In this document: positions 28,048 to 37,752 of the stretch, piece after piece
Layout of the letters: each line of letters opens with the position of its first letter
How positions within the stretch are numbered: position 1 is the first letter of the stretch
Source: an uncultured Dehalococcoidia bacterium
Lineage (GTDB): Bacteria; Chloroflexota; Dehalococcoidia; Lucifugimonadales; UBA1127
Direction: 5' to 3'
NCBI GenBank assembly: GCA_964625945.1
Contig: CAZVDP010000013.1
Location: 17,009 to 81,008, forward strand
Length of the DNA stretch: 64,000 bases
Notes under the pieces: generated by a model
Database searches by the model: none
Told to the model about the DNA's origin: nothing
The model's input: the letters and a program-made list of their open reading frames with translations, nothing else
Program-made: the position numbers and the translations under genes

Positions 28048-28424
28048 GCGTGGGGGCCGGCGAATCTGTAAGCCGAGTTCTGTCTCCTTGGAATTTTCCA
28101 AGGAGGGTGGCCATCCATCTAGGACCGCAATTACTCACGATCTCGTGCAACCAACCCGGGGACGAGCCGAGCACTCTAAGCCCCTGCTTGGTCTTGCTCC
28201 GGGTGGGGCTTGCCCGCCGCCGTGTTACCACGACCGGCCGGGAGCTCTTACCTCCCGATTTCACCCTTACTTGCCAGCATTTTGTGGCATAGCGGTATGT
28301 TTCTGTGGCGCTATCCGTCGAGTTGCCTCGCCTGGGTGTTACCCAGCACCCTGCTCGGTGGAGCTCGGACTTTCCTCTCCGCTGGCATTCGCAGCAGAGC
28401 GGCCACCCGATTCCCCGGCCCCGA
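28048..28424 (-). ncRNA. rnpB: RNase P RNA, bacterial type A
   Basis: Minus-strand read contains near-universal blocks: GAGGAAAGUCCGAGCUCCA..GCAGGGUGCUGGGUAACACCCAG, CACAGAAACAUACCGC, GUAAGGGUGAAA..GGUAAGAGC, CCCACCCGGAGCAAG.CCAAGCAGGGG, CCUAGAUGGAUG, ACAGAACUCGGCUUAC. P1 is formed by GGGGCCGGGGAAUC (5') and GAUUCGCCGGCCCC (3'). Ends are approximate, +/-5 nt. Confidence 0.9.
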
Positions 28425-28458
28425 TGGTAGTATATCAGACCGGTGACCCCTGCCGAGT

Positions 28459-29157
28459 TTATACGATATACAGTATCCGGCTGCAACTCCCACATCGCAC
28501 GATATCAGCAGCGGTGCGGGCACGTTGGAGTTCATGCGAGGAAAGCGTCAGTCCGCAGCCCCTACAAATGCCATGTTCTACCTGAGCTATAGGATTACCT
28601 TTGCTGGTCTTTAAACCTTCGTAGATTGCTAGCTCGGTTGGTGGGATTGTTGATCGTATGGTCTGTTGTTGGTGTTCTTGTGACACAAGTTGTTTCGTCA
28701 ATTGCTCCCGTTTAGATAACAACTCATCTCGCTTTTCAACTTGTTGGCGTTCGATGACTGCAAGGTTCGTGTTTGCTCCAGCGATGTCAGTTTCAGTCTG
28801 CTCTGCTTGAACCATAAGATCAAGGAAGTGATCTTCAGCCTGTTGCTTCTTAGTGCGTAGTGATTGAATCTCATTTTCAAGGCCAAGAAGCTCTCTTGGA
28901 TTGGTGGTTTGGCCAGCATAAAGTCGGCCTTCGGTAACACGCAGACGCTCCTCACATTCTCCAATTTCGAGTTCGGTTCTTTTCTGACGGAGATAAATAT
29001 CACTTAGCGTCTTTTTAGCATTTTCAAGTGAATGGCTTGCTTGATCTATCAATTGAGTATCTGCAAGCTCCGACTCAAGGACCAACATGGTATTTCTAGC
29101 CTCGTCGTTGTCTACTTCAAGTCGCTGGAGTTCATAGAGTTGCCGCGCTGGTGCCAT
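28459..29157 (-). CDS. coiled-coil protein with C-terminal C4 zinc ribbon (COG1579/DUF164-like)
   Basis: 232-aa ORF; long coiled coil, then CRGCG...x...CGSCSRILY. Confidence 0.75.
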   Translation of the reverse strand: MAPARQLYELQRLEVDNDEARNTMLVLESELADTQLIDQASHSLENAKKTLSDIYLRQKRTELEIGECEERLRVTEGRLYAGQTTNPRELLGLENEIQSLRTKKQQAEDHFLDLMVQAEQTETDIAGANTNLAVIERQQVEKRDELLSKREQLTKQLVSQEHQQQTIRSTIPPTELAIYEGLKTSKGNPIAQVEHGICRGCGLTLSSHELQRARTAADIVRCGSCSRILYIV

Positions 29158-29320
29158 TGTAATGCCCTCGGATGTGGTTGGGTTACAACATTCTATGGTG
29201 AGGCCATAGGGCCGTCAATTGTGATTCGGGATAGTTTGGTAAAACGTGCGGTTGTTCCTCTATTGCGTGTCTCGTAGAATACTGTTTTGGTATCAGAGAT
29301 TAACTTAATGAGGGATAGCG

Positions 29321-29743
29321 ATGGATGGCTTAGAAGACGGATTGACGCAAAGGTATCTGGATCTGGAGTGGGCTGGGGCTATCGAGTCGGAAACGGCTAT
29401 CAACCCTGGGTGTTTGCTGACTTTCCCTTATGAGTTTCCAGAATCTGAGGCCGAGATACGTTTAGATACGGACGAGTTTAGTGCCGTATGCCCGTGGACA
29501 GGTCTCCCTGATTCCGGGACTCTTGAATTAATGTACGTGCCCCAAGAACATTGTATCGAACTGAAGTCGTTCAAGTATTATCTGTTGAGTTACCGAAGTG
29601 TCGGAATAGTGCAGGAGCATGCGGCGAATCGTATCCTGTGGGATCTGGTTAATGTATGTATGCCCCGTCGAATGTCTTTGACACTGGACTACAAGACCCG
29701 TGGCGGTATACATACCGTGGTTGCAGTGAGCTATCCGCAATAA
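29321..29743 (+). CDS. queF: NADPH-dependent 7-cyano-7-deazaguanine reductase (unimodular type)
   Basis: 140-aa ORF; catalytic Cys context FSAVCPWTGLPD and QueF motif IELKSFKYYLLSYR. Confidence 0.9.
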   Translation: MDGLEDGLTQRYLDLEWAGAIESETAINPGCLLTFPYEFPESEAEIRLDTDEFSAVCPWTGLPDSGTLELMYVPQEHCIELKSFKYYLLSYRSVGIVQEHAANRILWDLVNVCMPRRMSLTLDYKTRGGIHTVVAVSYPQ

Positions 29744-29829
29744 TGATTTGATCACCGTAAAGGGCTTGATCTGTGCGATTCAGGATGGCGATGAGCACTT
29801 TGCCACTAGAGTGATCTAATAGGTCCGCG

Positions 29830-29838
29830 TGGTATACT
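29830..29838 (+). promoter_or_regulatory. candidate extended -10 element (TGgTATACT) upstream of the protease gene
   Basis: TGGTATACT at 29830-29838, 34 nt upstream of ATG 29872, with GGAGGG RBS at 29863-29868. No convincing -35. Confidence 0.3.
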
Positions 29839-29871
29839 AGGTGGCGCAGCACAGATACGTTCGGAGGGTTC

Positions 29872-31302
29872 ATGCTCCGATGGTCTCTTTTGGCACTTTT
29901 GCTTTTTGCCGTCTCGTGCGGAGGGGTTCAGCCGCTTACTGAGCGTGAGAGCGATGTCACACAGTCTCGGATGCTCGGCGAAATACCTGCTTCATCATCT
30001 GAGATTAGGCGACCGGTTGTTTCCACAAAACCGTCTCGTCAACTTTCACAACCGACAATGGCGAACCGAGATCTCTCAGATTCATTCGTTGTTTCATCGT
30101 TATCAATTCCCACGCCAGATACACGTCCCAAGTCCGCTCGAACCGGCACTGAAATACGTGCCGATGACGAGAGTGCTGACGAACAGATAGGTCCTGCGAG
30201 CGCGTTGAAACAATTGGCAGGTGCTACGGTTCGCATATCCACTTCCCGAGGTAGTGGAACAGGTCTAATCTTTGATGACCGAGGTTATGTTCTGACCGCG
30301 GACCACGTAGTCCGGAGTGTCCCGAAGGTGACCGTAACGCATTCCGATGGGAGAGAAGAGATTGGATTCGTGCTTGGACGGGACGAGGTCCGTGATATTG
30401 CTGTGGTCAAAATTAGCGGGTCTCCCGAACTTCATGTCGCTGTGCTTGGTTCTGAGCAAGGCGTCCAGATCGGTGACCCTGTTCTGTCGTTCGGGTATAC
30501 GCCGTTCAATGAAGGTATGAGTAGTACTTCAGGAGTGGTTTCAGCGATCATTCCCTATGAAGTCGAGGGCTACCAATTTATTCAAACTGATGCTTTTCTT
30601 TATCCTGGCCAAAGTGGAGGCCCGCTTTTGAATTTGAACGGTGACGTCATCGGGGTATTGAGTAAAACCCTGCGTGTTTCTGAGTTGGGCGTGTTCCTTC
30701 CTGTACAAGCTGGTTGGGCAGTCGCACTTGATCGGCCAACGTTAGAGATGTTGCCGAAACTTCAGGCGGGGCATGTGTTTCGAGCCTCAGTCCTTCCATC
30801 CATGGGTCATTCCAAGGCTAATCCAGCCCCAATTGGTTGGCCAGTCCGTGTCCATGGGCGCCTCCTTGGTGGAACAGACAATACGATCCATGAGATACAC
30901 GTGCGAGAAGTGATACGCGGAACTCGCGCATTCGAGATGCTCAAAGATGTGAGCCAATGGAATCCTGAGCCTGGCGAGGGAATGGAATACGTCTTAGCTT
31001 TGGTGCGTGTGCGTTATGTCAAAGGTCCTGATTCGTCGAGTGACTACGTCAACCACGATCTTTTCCGAACTTTGGCAGGTGATGGTCTGTCCTATCGAAC
31101 ACCTTATTTCTTATCTCCTATGCAGCCGTTCCTAAGCGCACTGGTTTTTCCAGGTGCCACGATCGAAGGATGGACTACTTGGCAGGTCTCGATTAGCGAT
31201 CCGGAACCGTTATTGGTTTTCGGTCTTGATTTACCTGAGCGAGGCTTGGCATGGTTTTCACTCTCCTCTGAGCGAAGCGATTCGAAAGTCTACGATGAAT
31301 GA
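29872..31302 (+). CDS. trypsin-like (S1C-type) serine protease lipoprotein with extra C-terminal domain
   Basis: 476-aa ORF; lipobox LLFAVSC; catalytic contexts LTADHVV, DIAVVKI, GQSGGPLL. ~180-aa C-terminal beta-rich domain and no PDZ recognised. Confidence 0.8.
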   Translation: MLRWSLLALLLFAVSCGGVQPLTERESDVTQSRMLGEIPASSSEIRRPVVSTKPSRQLSQPTMANRDLSDSFVVSSLSIPTPDTRPKSARTGTEIRADDESADEQIGPASALKQLAGATVRISTSRGSGTGLIFDDRGYVLTADHVVRSVPKVTVTHSDGREEIGFVLGRDEVRDIAVVKISGSPELHVAVLGSEQGVQIGDPVLSFGYTPFNEGMSSTSGVVSAIIPYEVEGYQFIQTDAFLYPGQSGGPLLNLNGDVIGVLSKTLRVSELGVFLPVQAGWAVALDRPTLEMLPKLQAGHVFRASVLPSMGHSKANPAPIGWPVRVHGRLLGGTDNTIHEIHVREVIRGTRAFEMLKDVSQWNPEPGEGMEYVLALVRVRYVKGPDSSSDYVNHDLFRTLAGDGLSYRTPYFLSPMQPFLSALVFPGATIEGWTTWQVSISDPEPLLVFGLDLPERGLAWFSLSSERSDSKVYDE

Positions 31303-31662
31303 GACGGAAACAGTGACTAGTAGCCAATAACATCCCAGAGAACCATTCGTTCTTTAGGTCCAAGGGATGGCTATCTCTCACGATAAAAGTTTGGGAGGAG
31401 GTGTCTAGAAACTCGAAAACCTACCTGTAGAACATTTGATAGGTAGTTTTGCCGAGACACGATTGCATCTATACTTTGTAGATAAAAGTCGTCTAGCACG
31501 GGAGGCGTGGACGTTCTGTGCTAAACAATAGGCAAGGATTTTAAGCGAGACTTCCTGCTGGTTTAAGTGTGCCTGCGCTCTATTCAGGTTCTGTGTAGAG
31601 GTTGGGTCCATTAATCATTGCGAATGTAGTTAACGGCAGCTGCTACGAAAAAGAGGTGTCTC

Positions 31663-32427
31663 ATGGTTCGTCGGTCATGGCTTCTATATCCAGTCGGATT
31701 GATCCTATCTACGCATTTAATTCTCCTTATTGTAGGGGCAGCTGTCGGTTATGGGATATTTAAGCCGAGAGCCAGTAGCGCAGAGGCCCAATCTGTAGAA
31801 CAGGCGTTGAGAATCACAGAGATCGAAACTGTAATTGCATCGCAAGATGGCAAGATTGATGCCCTTTTGAGTGAAACAACAGAGTTACTTAAAGAGCGAG
31901 TCAGTCTGGGTCATGAATTGGAGGCTGTCACCTCAGATCTTGAAAAACAACAAACCGCATCAAGAACTCTCCAAGGTGAAATTTCGGTAACAGCTAAGCT
32001 TGCGGCAGATGCCCAAATGACGATTGACAGCTTGAAAGGGGATGTTACTGAACTGAAGGTTTCCGAAGATCAACTTGCAGTTGTGACAAAGGAAATTAGT
32101 CAGTTAGAGTCTCATCGCCTTCTTCTTATTGAACTAAGGAAGGATATGCCTGAAACTCGTTCCTCGGCGATTAGCTACTGGCACAGAGTTAAATCATTGG
32201 CTGTGAAAGCAGATCCATCTTTAGGCTCCAAAGCCGATCGCGTAATCCGTCTGATTCCTGCCTACTTTGATTGGGCAGAGGGAGAATATGTTGATACGTA
32301 TGAGTCAGTTGTTACCTACGTTGATACTGGTGCAAATGACTTCGGAACCATCATCGGTGATTTTGAGAAGGACGTATTTTTGTTGATAATTAATAAAATG
32401 GACTCGCTTATTAGTCAGGTGGAATAG
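31663..32427 (+). CDS. hypothetical N-terminally anchored coiled-coil protein
   Basis: 254-aa ORF; one N-terminal TM helix (LLYPVGLILSTHLILLIVGAAVGYGIF), then heptad-rich sequence. GAGG upstream of the ATG. Confidence 0.6.
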   Translation: MVRRSWLLYPVGLILSTHLILLIVGAAVGYGIFKPRASSAEAQSVEQALRITEIETVIASQDGKIDALLSETTELLKERVSLGHELEAVTSDLEKQQTASRTLQGEISVTAKLAADAQMTIDSLKGDVTELKVSEDQLAVVTKEISQLESHRLLLIELRKDMPETRSSAISYWHRVKSLAVKADPSLGSKADRVIRLIPAYFDWAEGEYVDTYESVVTYVDTGANDFGTIIGDFEKDVFLLIINKMDSLISQVE

Positions 32428-32461
32428 ATCGAGACAAAGTTATCTGGATTCAAGTCAAGGA

Positions 32462-35023
32462 TTGGAGCTAGTGATGGGCGGGAAACTAAGAAAATTAGTA
32501 ATTGTTTCTTTCATGGTGAGCATTTCGGTGTTGATTTTCAGCCCGCTGGGTGCTGATGATCGTTCTGGAAGCGAAACATCAGTTTCACCTCCTACAGGAC
32601 ACCCACCAGAGGTTTTCGCGCCACGCACCAGCGAAGAGAACGTTGACATTGCCCCCACTCCGTTTACGCTTTTAACTCCTATTCGTGAATTCCTCTCAGG
32701 GCCGCTATGGTTGATGGTCTCTGGTTTGGATGCTCACACGGATTTCACTGGTCGTATTCCAAGAAAAAGAATGGGTATGAGCCCAGGTTTGGCGTGGGAT
32801 GATCTTCCACAGGTGTTTACGGCACCGCGATTACCAGTGTCGTCTGCGACCTCTTCTGTCCAAGGGCAGCTTGTGCCGTTTCGCGATCCCGCACCTTCTT
32901 TCAGTCGAGACATTTTGGTCACTAGGGATTTCAGTAATACGCCAATGCAGACCGAGCCACATCTAGCAATAAACCCAAGGGACCCAGAGCACCTCCTCTT
33001 GGGAACAATCGACTATAACTTTCCCAACGTCTCCACTTACGTGAGTATCGATGGTGGAGTTACATGGGAAGGTCCGCATCAGCCACAGTATCTGCGAGAG
33101 GATGATGGTGTGGGTGGCGATCCAGTTATTGCGTTCGATCGACAAGGCAACGCCTTCGTAGCGTTTATTTCTATCGGCGTTGAAGAATACACTGTTGGGC
33201 CAGCAGTCGATTTTGCAGCTGTTTCCAGTATTGCAGTAGCACGTTCCGATGATGGTGGTTATTCATGGGGTGAGGCAGTTTCTTCGGCAAGAAGCGGTTT
33301 CGATAAAGATCTATCAGTTGACGGATCTGGGAGGTTGCAAGGAGAGGTCGCACTTAGCTTCTTAGATAAACCATGGATGACGATCGGCCCGCACCCAGAT
33401 AATCCAGAGCAAGATATTATCTATGTGACGTACACAAAGTTTACTGAAAGATTCGGTATCTTCCGAATTGGGGATCTCCCATTTTTTGGTGTTCCGGTAG
33501 TGGACACGACTATCGAGCTTGTTAGTTCCAGTGATGGTGGATTCACATGGACAAGTCCAGTTGCTGTGAGTCCGACCGTCCGAAGAATTTTTGGTGAAAG
33601 TACAGGTTCTCATGGCCAATCTGAAGCTGCGCAAGACTCTTTCGTTGAATCAGCGGGAGAAGTTGAGGCTTTGGGTATAAAACGGACGGTCCAAGGGCCT
33701 CAAGTTGCTGTTGACTCTCAGGGAAAGGTTTATGTTGCTTGGCTTGACAGTACGGATGATGAAGCCTTTGAGGGTTTGGGAGAGATATACGTCTCTCGAT
33801 CTGATAATGGAGGGTTAAAGTTCTCCGAACCGGTCAGGGCATCAGTATTTAACGAGCCTGGGTTTGCGCCTCGGACGTCGTTTTTCAGGTATTGGGCTTC
33901 TGCATTCCCACAGTTAGCGCTAGGTTTAGATGGTGAGGTATACGTTGCGTATACTGGAATCCCATCTGAGGCGAGGGAGGATGACGGTAACATCTATGTG
34001 GTACGTTCGTTCGATAAGGGTGGTACGTGGAGTCGTCCTATCAAGTTAAACGGGGATGACACAGATCGACTTCAGTTCTTCCCGTCAATCACGACAGATT
34101 CTCTTGGGGTTTTGCACGCCATGTGGGGCGATATGCGTGATGATCGAGCTGATACTCGATATCATATCTATTACACGAAGTCGGTTGATCGAGGCGATAA
34201 CTGGGGGTTTGTTGATCCGGAAACAGGATTTCAGACCCAGAATGCACGGGTCACGGACTTTCCATCCAATCCTAATAAGGGGTTTCCAGGCGGACGATTT
34301 ATCGGAGATTACTTTTCAATCAAGGCGACCCCTGATGATGTGTACATGGTTTGGGCTGATACTAGGCTCGGCGAATTCGGCCCCGTTAACCAGAAAGTTG
34401 GGTTTAGTCGTCGCAAAGCGATGGCCTCACCTGAGGTATTTATTAGTCCTCCTTCCGGGCCGGGTGGGCAGTCGGTAACTATTCAGGGGTTCAATTTCCA
34501 GCCTGACATTGACCTTTTTGTTCAGGTTGGAGGAGTTCTAGTGTCTACAGAGCGCGCGAACGGGCAAGGTAGGTTCACGACCCAGATCTTTATTCCCATA
34601 TCAGGGGAAGGGCCTCATGATGTGACCATCTTCGACGATTCGGGGAATTTCGCAACCGCGTCTTTCTACATGGAGTTTGGGTTCGACAACGTACAAGACG
34701 TTCAAGGGTCTCTTCAAAGACAAGTCAGAGGCCTTCAAGATGACGTTCAAGGCATGAATGAGTCTGTTACGTCTGCTCTGTCGGCTGAACTTGATAAAGT
34801 ATCAGAATCGTTGAGAAAGGTGAATGCAGCACCTGCGCTCGCCACTCATTCTCCAAGCGTTTCTGAAGATCCACGAGAGGGCGAGATGGCTTGGTGGATT
34901 TTACCTTTCGGCGTTGGAATTGCAGCTTTGGCCGGTTCCGGGACAACGTTATTGGTCATGAGGCGCTCAGGTTCGCGTGACGAACCGCCATCACCGCCGG
35001 GGCCCTGGCAGGAAGCGTCTTGA
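32462..35023 (+). CDS. secreted BNR/Asp-box repeat protein with IPT/TIG-like domain and C-terminal TM anchor
   Basis: 853-aa ORF; signal peptide; six Asp-box-like repeats (SIDGGVTW, SDDGGYSW, SSDGGFTW, SDNGGLKF, SFDKGGTW, SVDRGDNW). No sialidase RIP motif seen. C-terminal helix WWILPFGVGIAALAGSGTTLLVMRR. The start may be ATG 32474. Confidence 0.75.
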   Translation: MELVMGGKLRKLVIVSFMVSISVLIFSPLGADDRSGSETSVSPPTGHPPEVFAPRTSEENVDIAPTPFTLLTPIREFLSGPLWLMVSGLDAHTDFTGRIPRKRMGMSPGLAWDDLPQVFTAPRLPVSSATSSVQGQLVPFRDPAPSFSRDILVTRDFSNTPMQTEPHLAINPRDPEHLLLGTIDYNFPNVSTYVSIDGGVTWEGPHQPQYLREDDGVGGDPVIAFDRQGNAFVAFISIGVEEYTVGPAVDFAAVSSIAVARSDDGGYSWGEAVSSARSGFDKDLSVDGSGRLQGEVALSFLDKPWMTIGPHPDNPEQDIIYVTYTKFTERFGIFRIGDLPFFGVPVVDTTIELVSSSDGGFTWTSPVAVSPTVRRIFGESTGSHGQSEAAQDSFVESAGEVEALGIKRTVQGPQVAVDSQGKVYVAWLDSTDDEAFEGLGEIYVSRSDNGGLKFSEPVRASVFNEPGFAPRTSFFRYWASAFPQLALGLDGEVYVAYTGIPSEAREDDGNIYVVRSFDKGGTWSRPIKLNGDDTDRLQFFPSITTDSLGVLHAMWGDMRDDRADTRYHIYYTKSVDRGDNWGFVDPETGFQTQNARVTDFPSNPNKGFPGGRFIGDYFSIKATPDDVYMVWADTRLGEFGPVNQKVGFSRRKAMASPEVFISPPSGPGGQSVTIQGFNFQPDIDLFVQVGGVLVSTERANGQGRFTTQIFIPISGEGPHDVTIFDDSGNFATASFYMEFGFDNVQDVQGSLQRQVRGLQDDVQGMNESVTSALSAELDKVSESLRKVNAAPALATHSPSVSEDPREGEMAWWILPFGVGIAALAGSGTTLLVMRRSGSRDEPPSPPGPWQEAS

Positions 35024-35066
35024 TATAGTCCTTTAGGGAATTCAGTGTCGAGAACGGGGGACAAAT

Positions 35067-37664
35067 ATGCGACTTTCCGGGCAAATCCGATGGCTGATCG
35101 CGCTCACTCTCACTCTTGGCCTTTCACTCGGCGTAAATGTAGTGAGTGCATCTCCGCCGAATCAGGATCCTGGGCCAGCCGTTGACCGATTGTATTTCAA
35201 GGCTTTCGATGTTGATCGCGCACCATTAGACCTAGAGAAAGGAAATATGGATCTTTACCTGTTTGGGCTTAAGGTTGCTGCCGCTTCCGAGTTGCGTGGC
35301 GTCGAGGGTATCCGGACATACGAAGCTCCTGCCACAACGTTGTCAATCGTTCTAAATCCTTCTCCTGCCCCAGACGGACAACTGAATCCCTTTTCAATAC
35401 CAGAAATCCGTCGAGCGTTCCAATTCCTCGTTAATCGGGAATTTGTAGCCGGAAGCATCTATCGTGGGATGGCTGTTCCCATGTTGACACATGTAAGTCC
35501 TTTGGATTTTGACTATTTGACTATCTACGACTTGGTTCATGAGGCCAATATACGTTACGACCCCGAGTTTGCTAGAGAAAGAATCCGTAATTCTATGTTA
35601 GAAAACGGGGCCGAGCTTGTGAATGGGAAATGGTTTTATGGCGGGGCTCCGGTTGTTCTCAAGGGAGTTATCCGTGTAGAAGATGAACGAAGGGAGGTTG
35701 GAGACCTGTTAAGGGCCGAATTGGATCAGGCAGGCTTCCAGGTGGTGCCTGCATATCAGACGTTTGCGCCTGCGATACAGCGTGTCTACTCATCGGATCC
35801 GGCATCCTTACAATGGCATTTTTATACCGAGGGATGGGGGAGATCTGCTCCTGAACGATATGATTTTGGAGCCATCAATCACTTCGCGGCTCCGTGGATG
35901 GGGAATATGCCAGGATGGAGAGCTGCTGGGTTCTGGCAATTTGAGAACGACGATCTTGATAGGATTGGGAAACGGATTTTTACAGGCCAGTTCTCCACAT
36001 TGGACGAGAGAAATGACTTGTACCAAACTGCGACCCAACTTGCTATGGATGACTCCGTTCGAGTTTGGGTAGCGACAGTAATCAACAGTTTCCCAGCAGA
36101 TGATCAGCTAGGCGGGGTTACACAAGATATCGTAGCAGGGCCCCGGTCGCCATGGACGCTCCGCGAAGCACATATAGAGGGACGTAGTGAGTTAACCATA
36201 GGGCATCTTTGGGTATGGACAGAGCGCACGACATGGAATCCTGTCGGGGGCTTCGGTGACGTATACAGCACCGATATCTGGCGCAACATGAGTGATCCTC
36301 CGTTATGGAACCACCCGTTTACTGGCGTTCCAATCCCTTTTCGCGCAACATTTGATGTGGAAACTGCAGGGCCTAATGAAAAGATGGATGTTCCACAGGA
36401 CGCCGTGCTTTTAGATTCCGATGCCGATCGGTGGGTTCCTGTCGGGTCTGACGTAAAGGCTGTTAGTAAAGTGACGTTCGATTATTCGAAGTACTTCCAA
36501 TCCAAGTGGCATCATGGGCAACCGATCACGATGGCCGATGTCATTTATTCGATCTACCAGAACTTTGATATCGCGTATGATGAAAAGAAATCCGAGATTG
36601 AATTTGCGACTGCGGTGACGGCTCGACCATATCTTGAAACCTATAAGGGTTTTAAAGTACTAGATGAGAATCGCTTAGAGGTCTACGTGGACTTCTGGCA
36701 TTTCGATACAAATAACATAGCTGCTTACGCTAGTCCCTCCAGCCTCTCAATGCCATGGGAAATGCTTTGGGCGATGGATACACTAGTTTTTGATAAACGT
36801 CAGGCTGCCTATAGTGATACCGCGGCAGGACGATTCCAGGTCCCTTGGATTAGCTTGGTGATGCCAAAAGACGCCCGCCTCGTGAGAAACACCCTGCGCG
36901 AGTTATCTGACGACGACTTGATGCCATCTGAAGTTTTGACTATGGGGCAAAAGTCGTTCGTTACCGAATTGGATGCGGAGCGTCGCTATCGTGCTGTAAT
37001 GGACTGGTTCGAGGAATTTGAAATGTTGGTCATTGCCAACGGGCCATTTTATTTGGCGCGATACGATCCTCCCGCGCAATTCGCAGAACTTCAGGCATTT
37101 CGGGATCCTGACTATCCTTTTCGATCAGGTGATTGGAACTTCGGAGAGTCGGAACTTATTAGATTTAAACCACTAGCTCTGGACGCGATTAACATTGGTC
37201 AAGACTACACTGGTCTCATCGATATCGAAGGGCCTGGCATATTGGGTCTGCGCTACGTGTTGGTTGACCCTGTGATTGGTAAAGTTTTGGATTCTGGTGA
37301 GTTGACTCAAGAAAGTCCGGGTACCTTTCATGTAGGATTCGAGAAGACTCTGACTACAAACCTAGAGCCGGGGTTGTATCACCTTTATGTGGCGGGATAT
37401 AGTGATTCCCTTGCAAGAACCACAGAGACGCGAATCGACCTTGAGGCTAAGAATCTCGTATCCGAAGCTTCCATTACACCCGATACCTCAGCTACGCTAG
37501 ATACCAAGCCTGTTCCTAAAGGTGTTACAGAAGATCAGGTTGAAGTTACGAGTAGCGGTTGTGGTCGAGGCCAATCTACCGATTTAAGTTACGGCATTGT
37601 CGTTACCCTGCTTATGGGGATTATGATTCGACGGCGACCCCGTAAATCTCAGAAAGTTCAGTAA
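35067..37664 (+). CDS. ABC transporter substrate-binding protein, family 5 (peptide/nickel/oligosaccharide type), unusually long with C-terminal anchor
   Basis: 865-aa ORF; signal peptide (VVSA/SPP); family-5 SBP-like core, by eye. ~150-aa C-terminal extension ending SSGCGRGQSTDLSYGIVVTLLMGIMIRRRPRKSQKVQ. Followed by cognate permeases. Confidence 0.8.
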   Translation: MRLSGQIRWLIALTLTLGLSLGVNVVSASPPNQDPGPAVDRLYFKAFDVDRAPLDLEKGNMDLYLFGLKVAAASELRGVEGIRTYEAPATTLSIVLNPSPAPDGQLNPFSIPEIRRAFQFLVNREFVAGSIYRGMAVPMLTHVSPLDFDYLTIYDLVHEANIRYDPEFARERIRNSMLENGAELVNGKWFYGGAPVVLKGVIRVEDERREVGDLLRAELDQAGFQVVPAYQTFAPAIQRVYSSDPASLQWHFYTEGWGRSAPERYDFGAINHFAAPWMGNMPGWRAAGFWQFENDDLDRIGKRIFTGQFSTLDERNDLYQTATQLAMDDSVRVWVATVINSFPADDQLGGVTQDIVAGPRSPWTLREAHIEGRSELTIGHLWVWTERTTWNPVGGFGDVYSTDIWRNMSDPPLWNHPFTGVPIPFRATFDVETAGPNEKMDVPQDAVLLDSDADRWVPVGSDVKAVSKVTFDYSKYFQSKWHHGQPITMADVIYSIYQNFDIAYDEKKSEIEFATAVTARPYLETYKGFKVLDENRLEVYVDFWHFDTNNIAAYASPSSLSMPWEMLWAMDTLVFDKRQAAYSDTAAGRFQVPWISLVMPKDARLVRNTLRELSDDDLMPSEVLTMGQKSFVTELDAERRYRAVMDWFEEFEMLVIANGPFYLARYDPPAQFAELQAFRDPDYPFRSGDWNFGESELIRFKPLALDAINIGQDYTGLIDIEGPGILGLRYVLVDPVIGKVLDSGELTQESPGTFHVGFEKTLTTNLEPGLYHLYVAGYSDSLARTTETRIDLEAKNLVSEASITPDTSATLDTKPVPKGVTEDQVEVTSSGCGRGQSTDLSYGIVVTLLMGIMIRRRPRKSQKVQ

Positions 37665-37752
37665 ACCCGGATGTCTCCGATCATTAGGGTCAGATGGCTA
37701 AGCGAACGTGACTGACAAGATGTAGGTCCAGAGCCGTGGCTGGGGGTGGAGA

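Noticed and set aside
28013-28495. N-terminal 161 codons of the 611-aa ORF (26660..28495), plus the long plus-strand ORFs 28001..28585, 28050..28292 and 28210..28446.
   Set aside because: The region is RNase P RNA, with all universal type-A sequence blocks present. The translated sequence is Arg/Cys/Trp-rich nonsense. Amidase homology starts at ATG 28012, which has its own GGAG RBS.
29158-29320. Possible preQ1 riboswitch upstream of queF.
   Set aside because: I looked for the preQ1-I core (AGAGG...CCCUCUAUAAAAAACUAA-like). Only a stray CCTCTAT is present, with no complementary 5' strand and no A-rich tail, so there is no support.
31193-31611. Minus-strand ORFs 31193..31381 (62 aa) and 31405..31611 (68 aa) in the large gap.
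   Set aside because: They have no RBS and no recognisable motif. The first overlaps the 3' end of the protease gene, and their composition is atypical of the real genes here.
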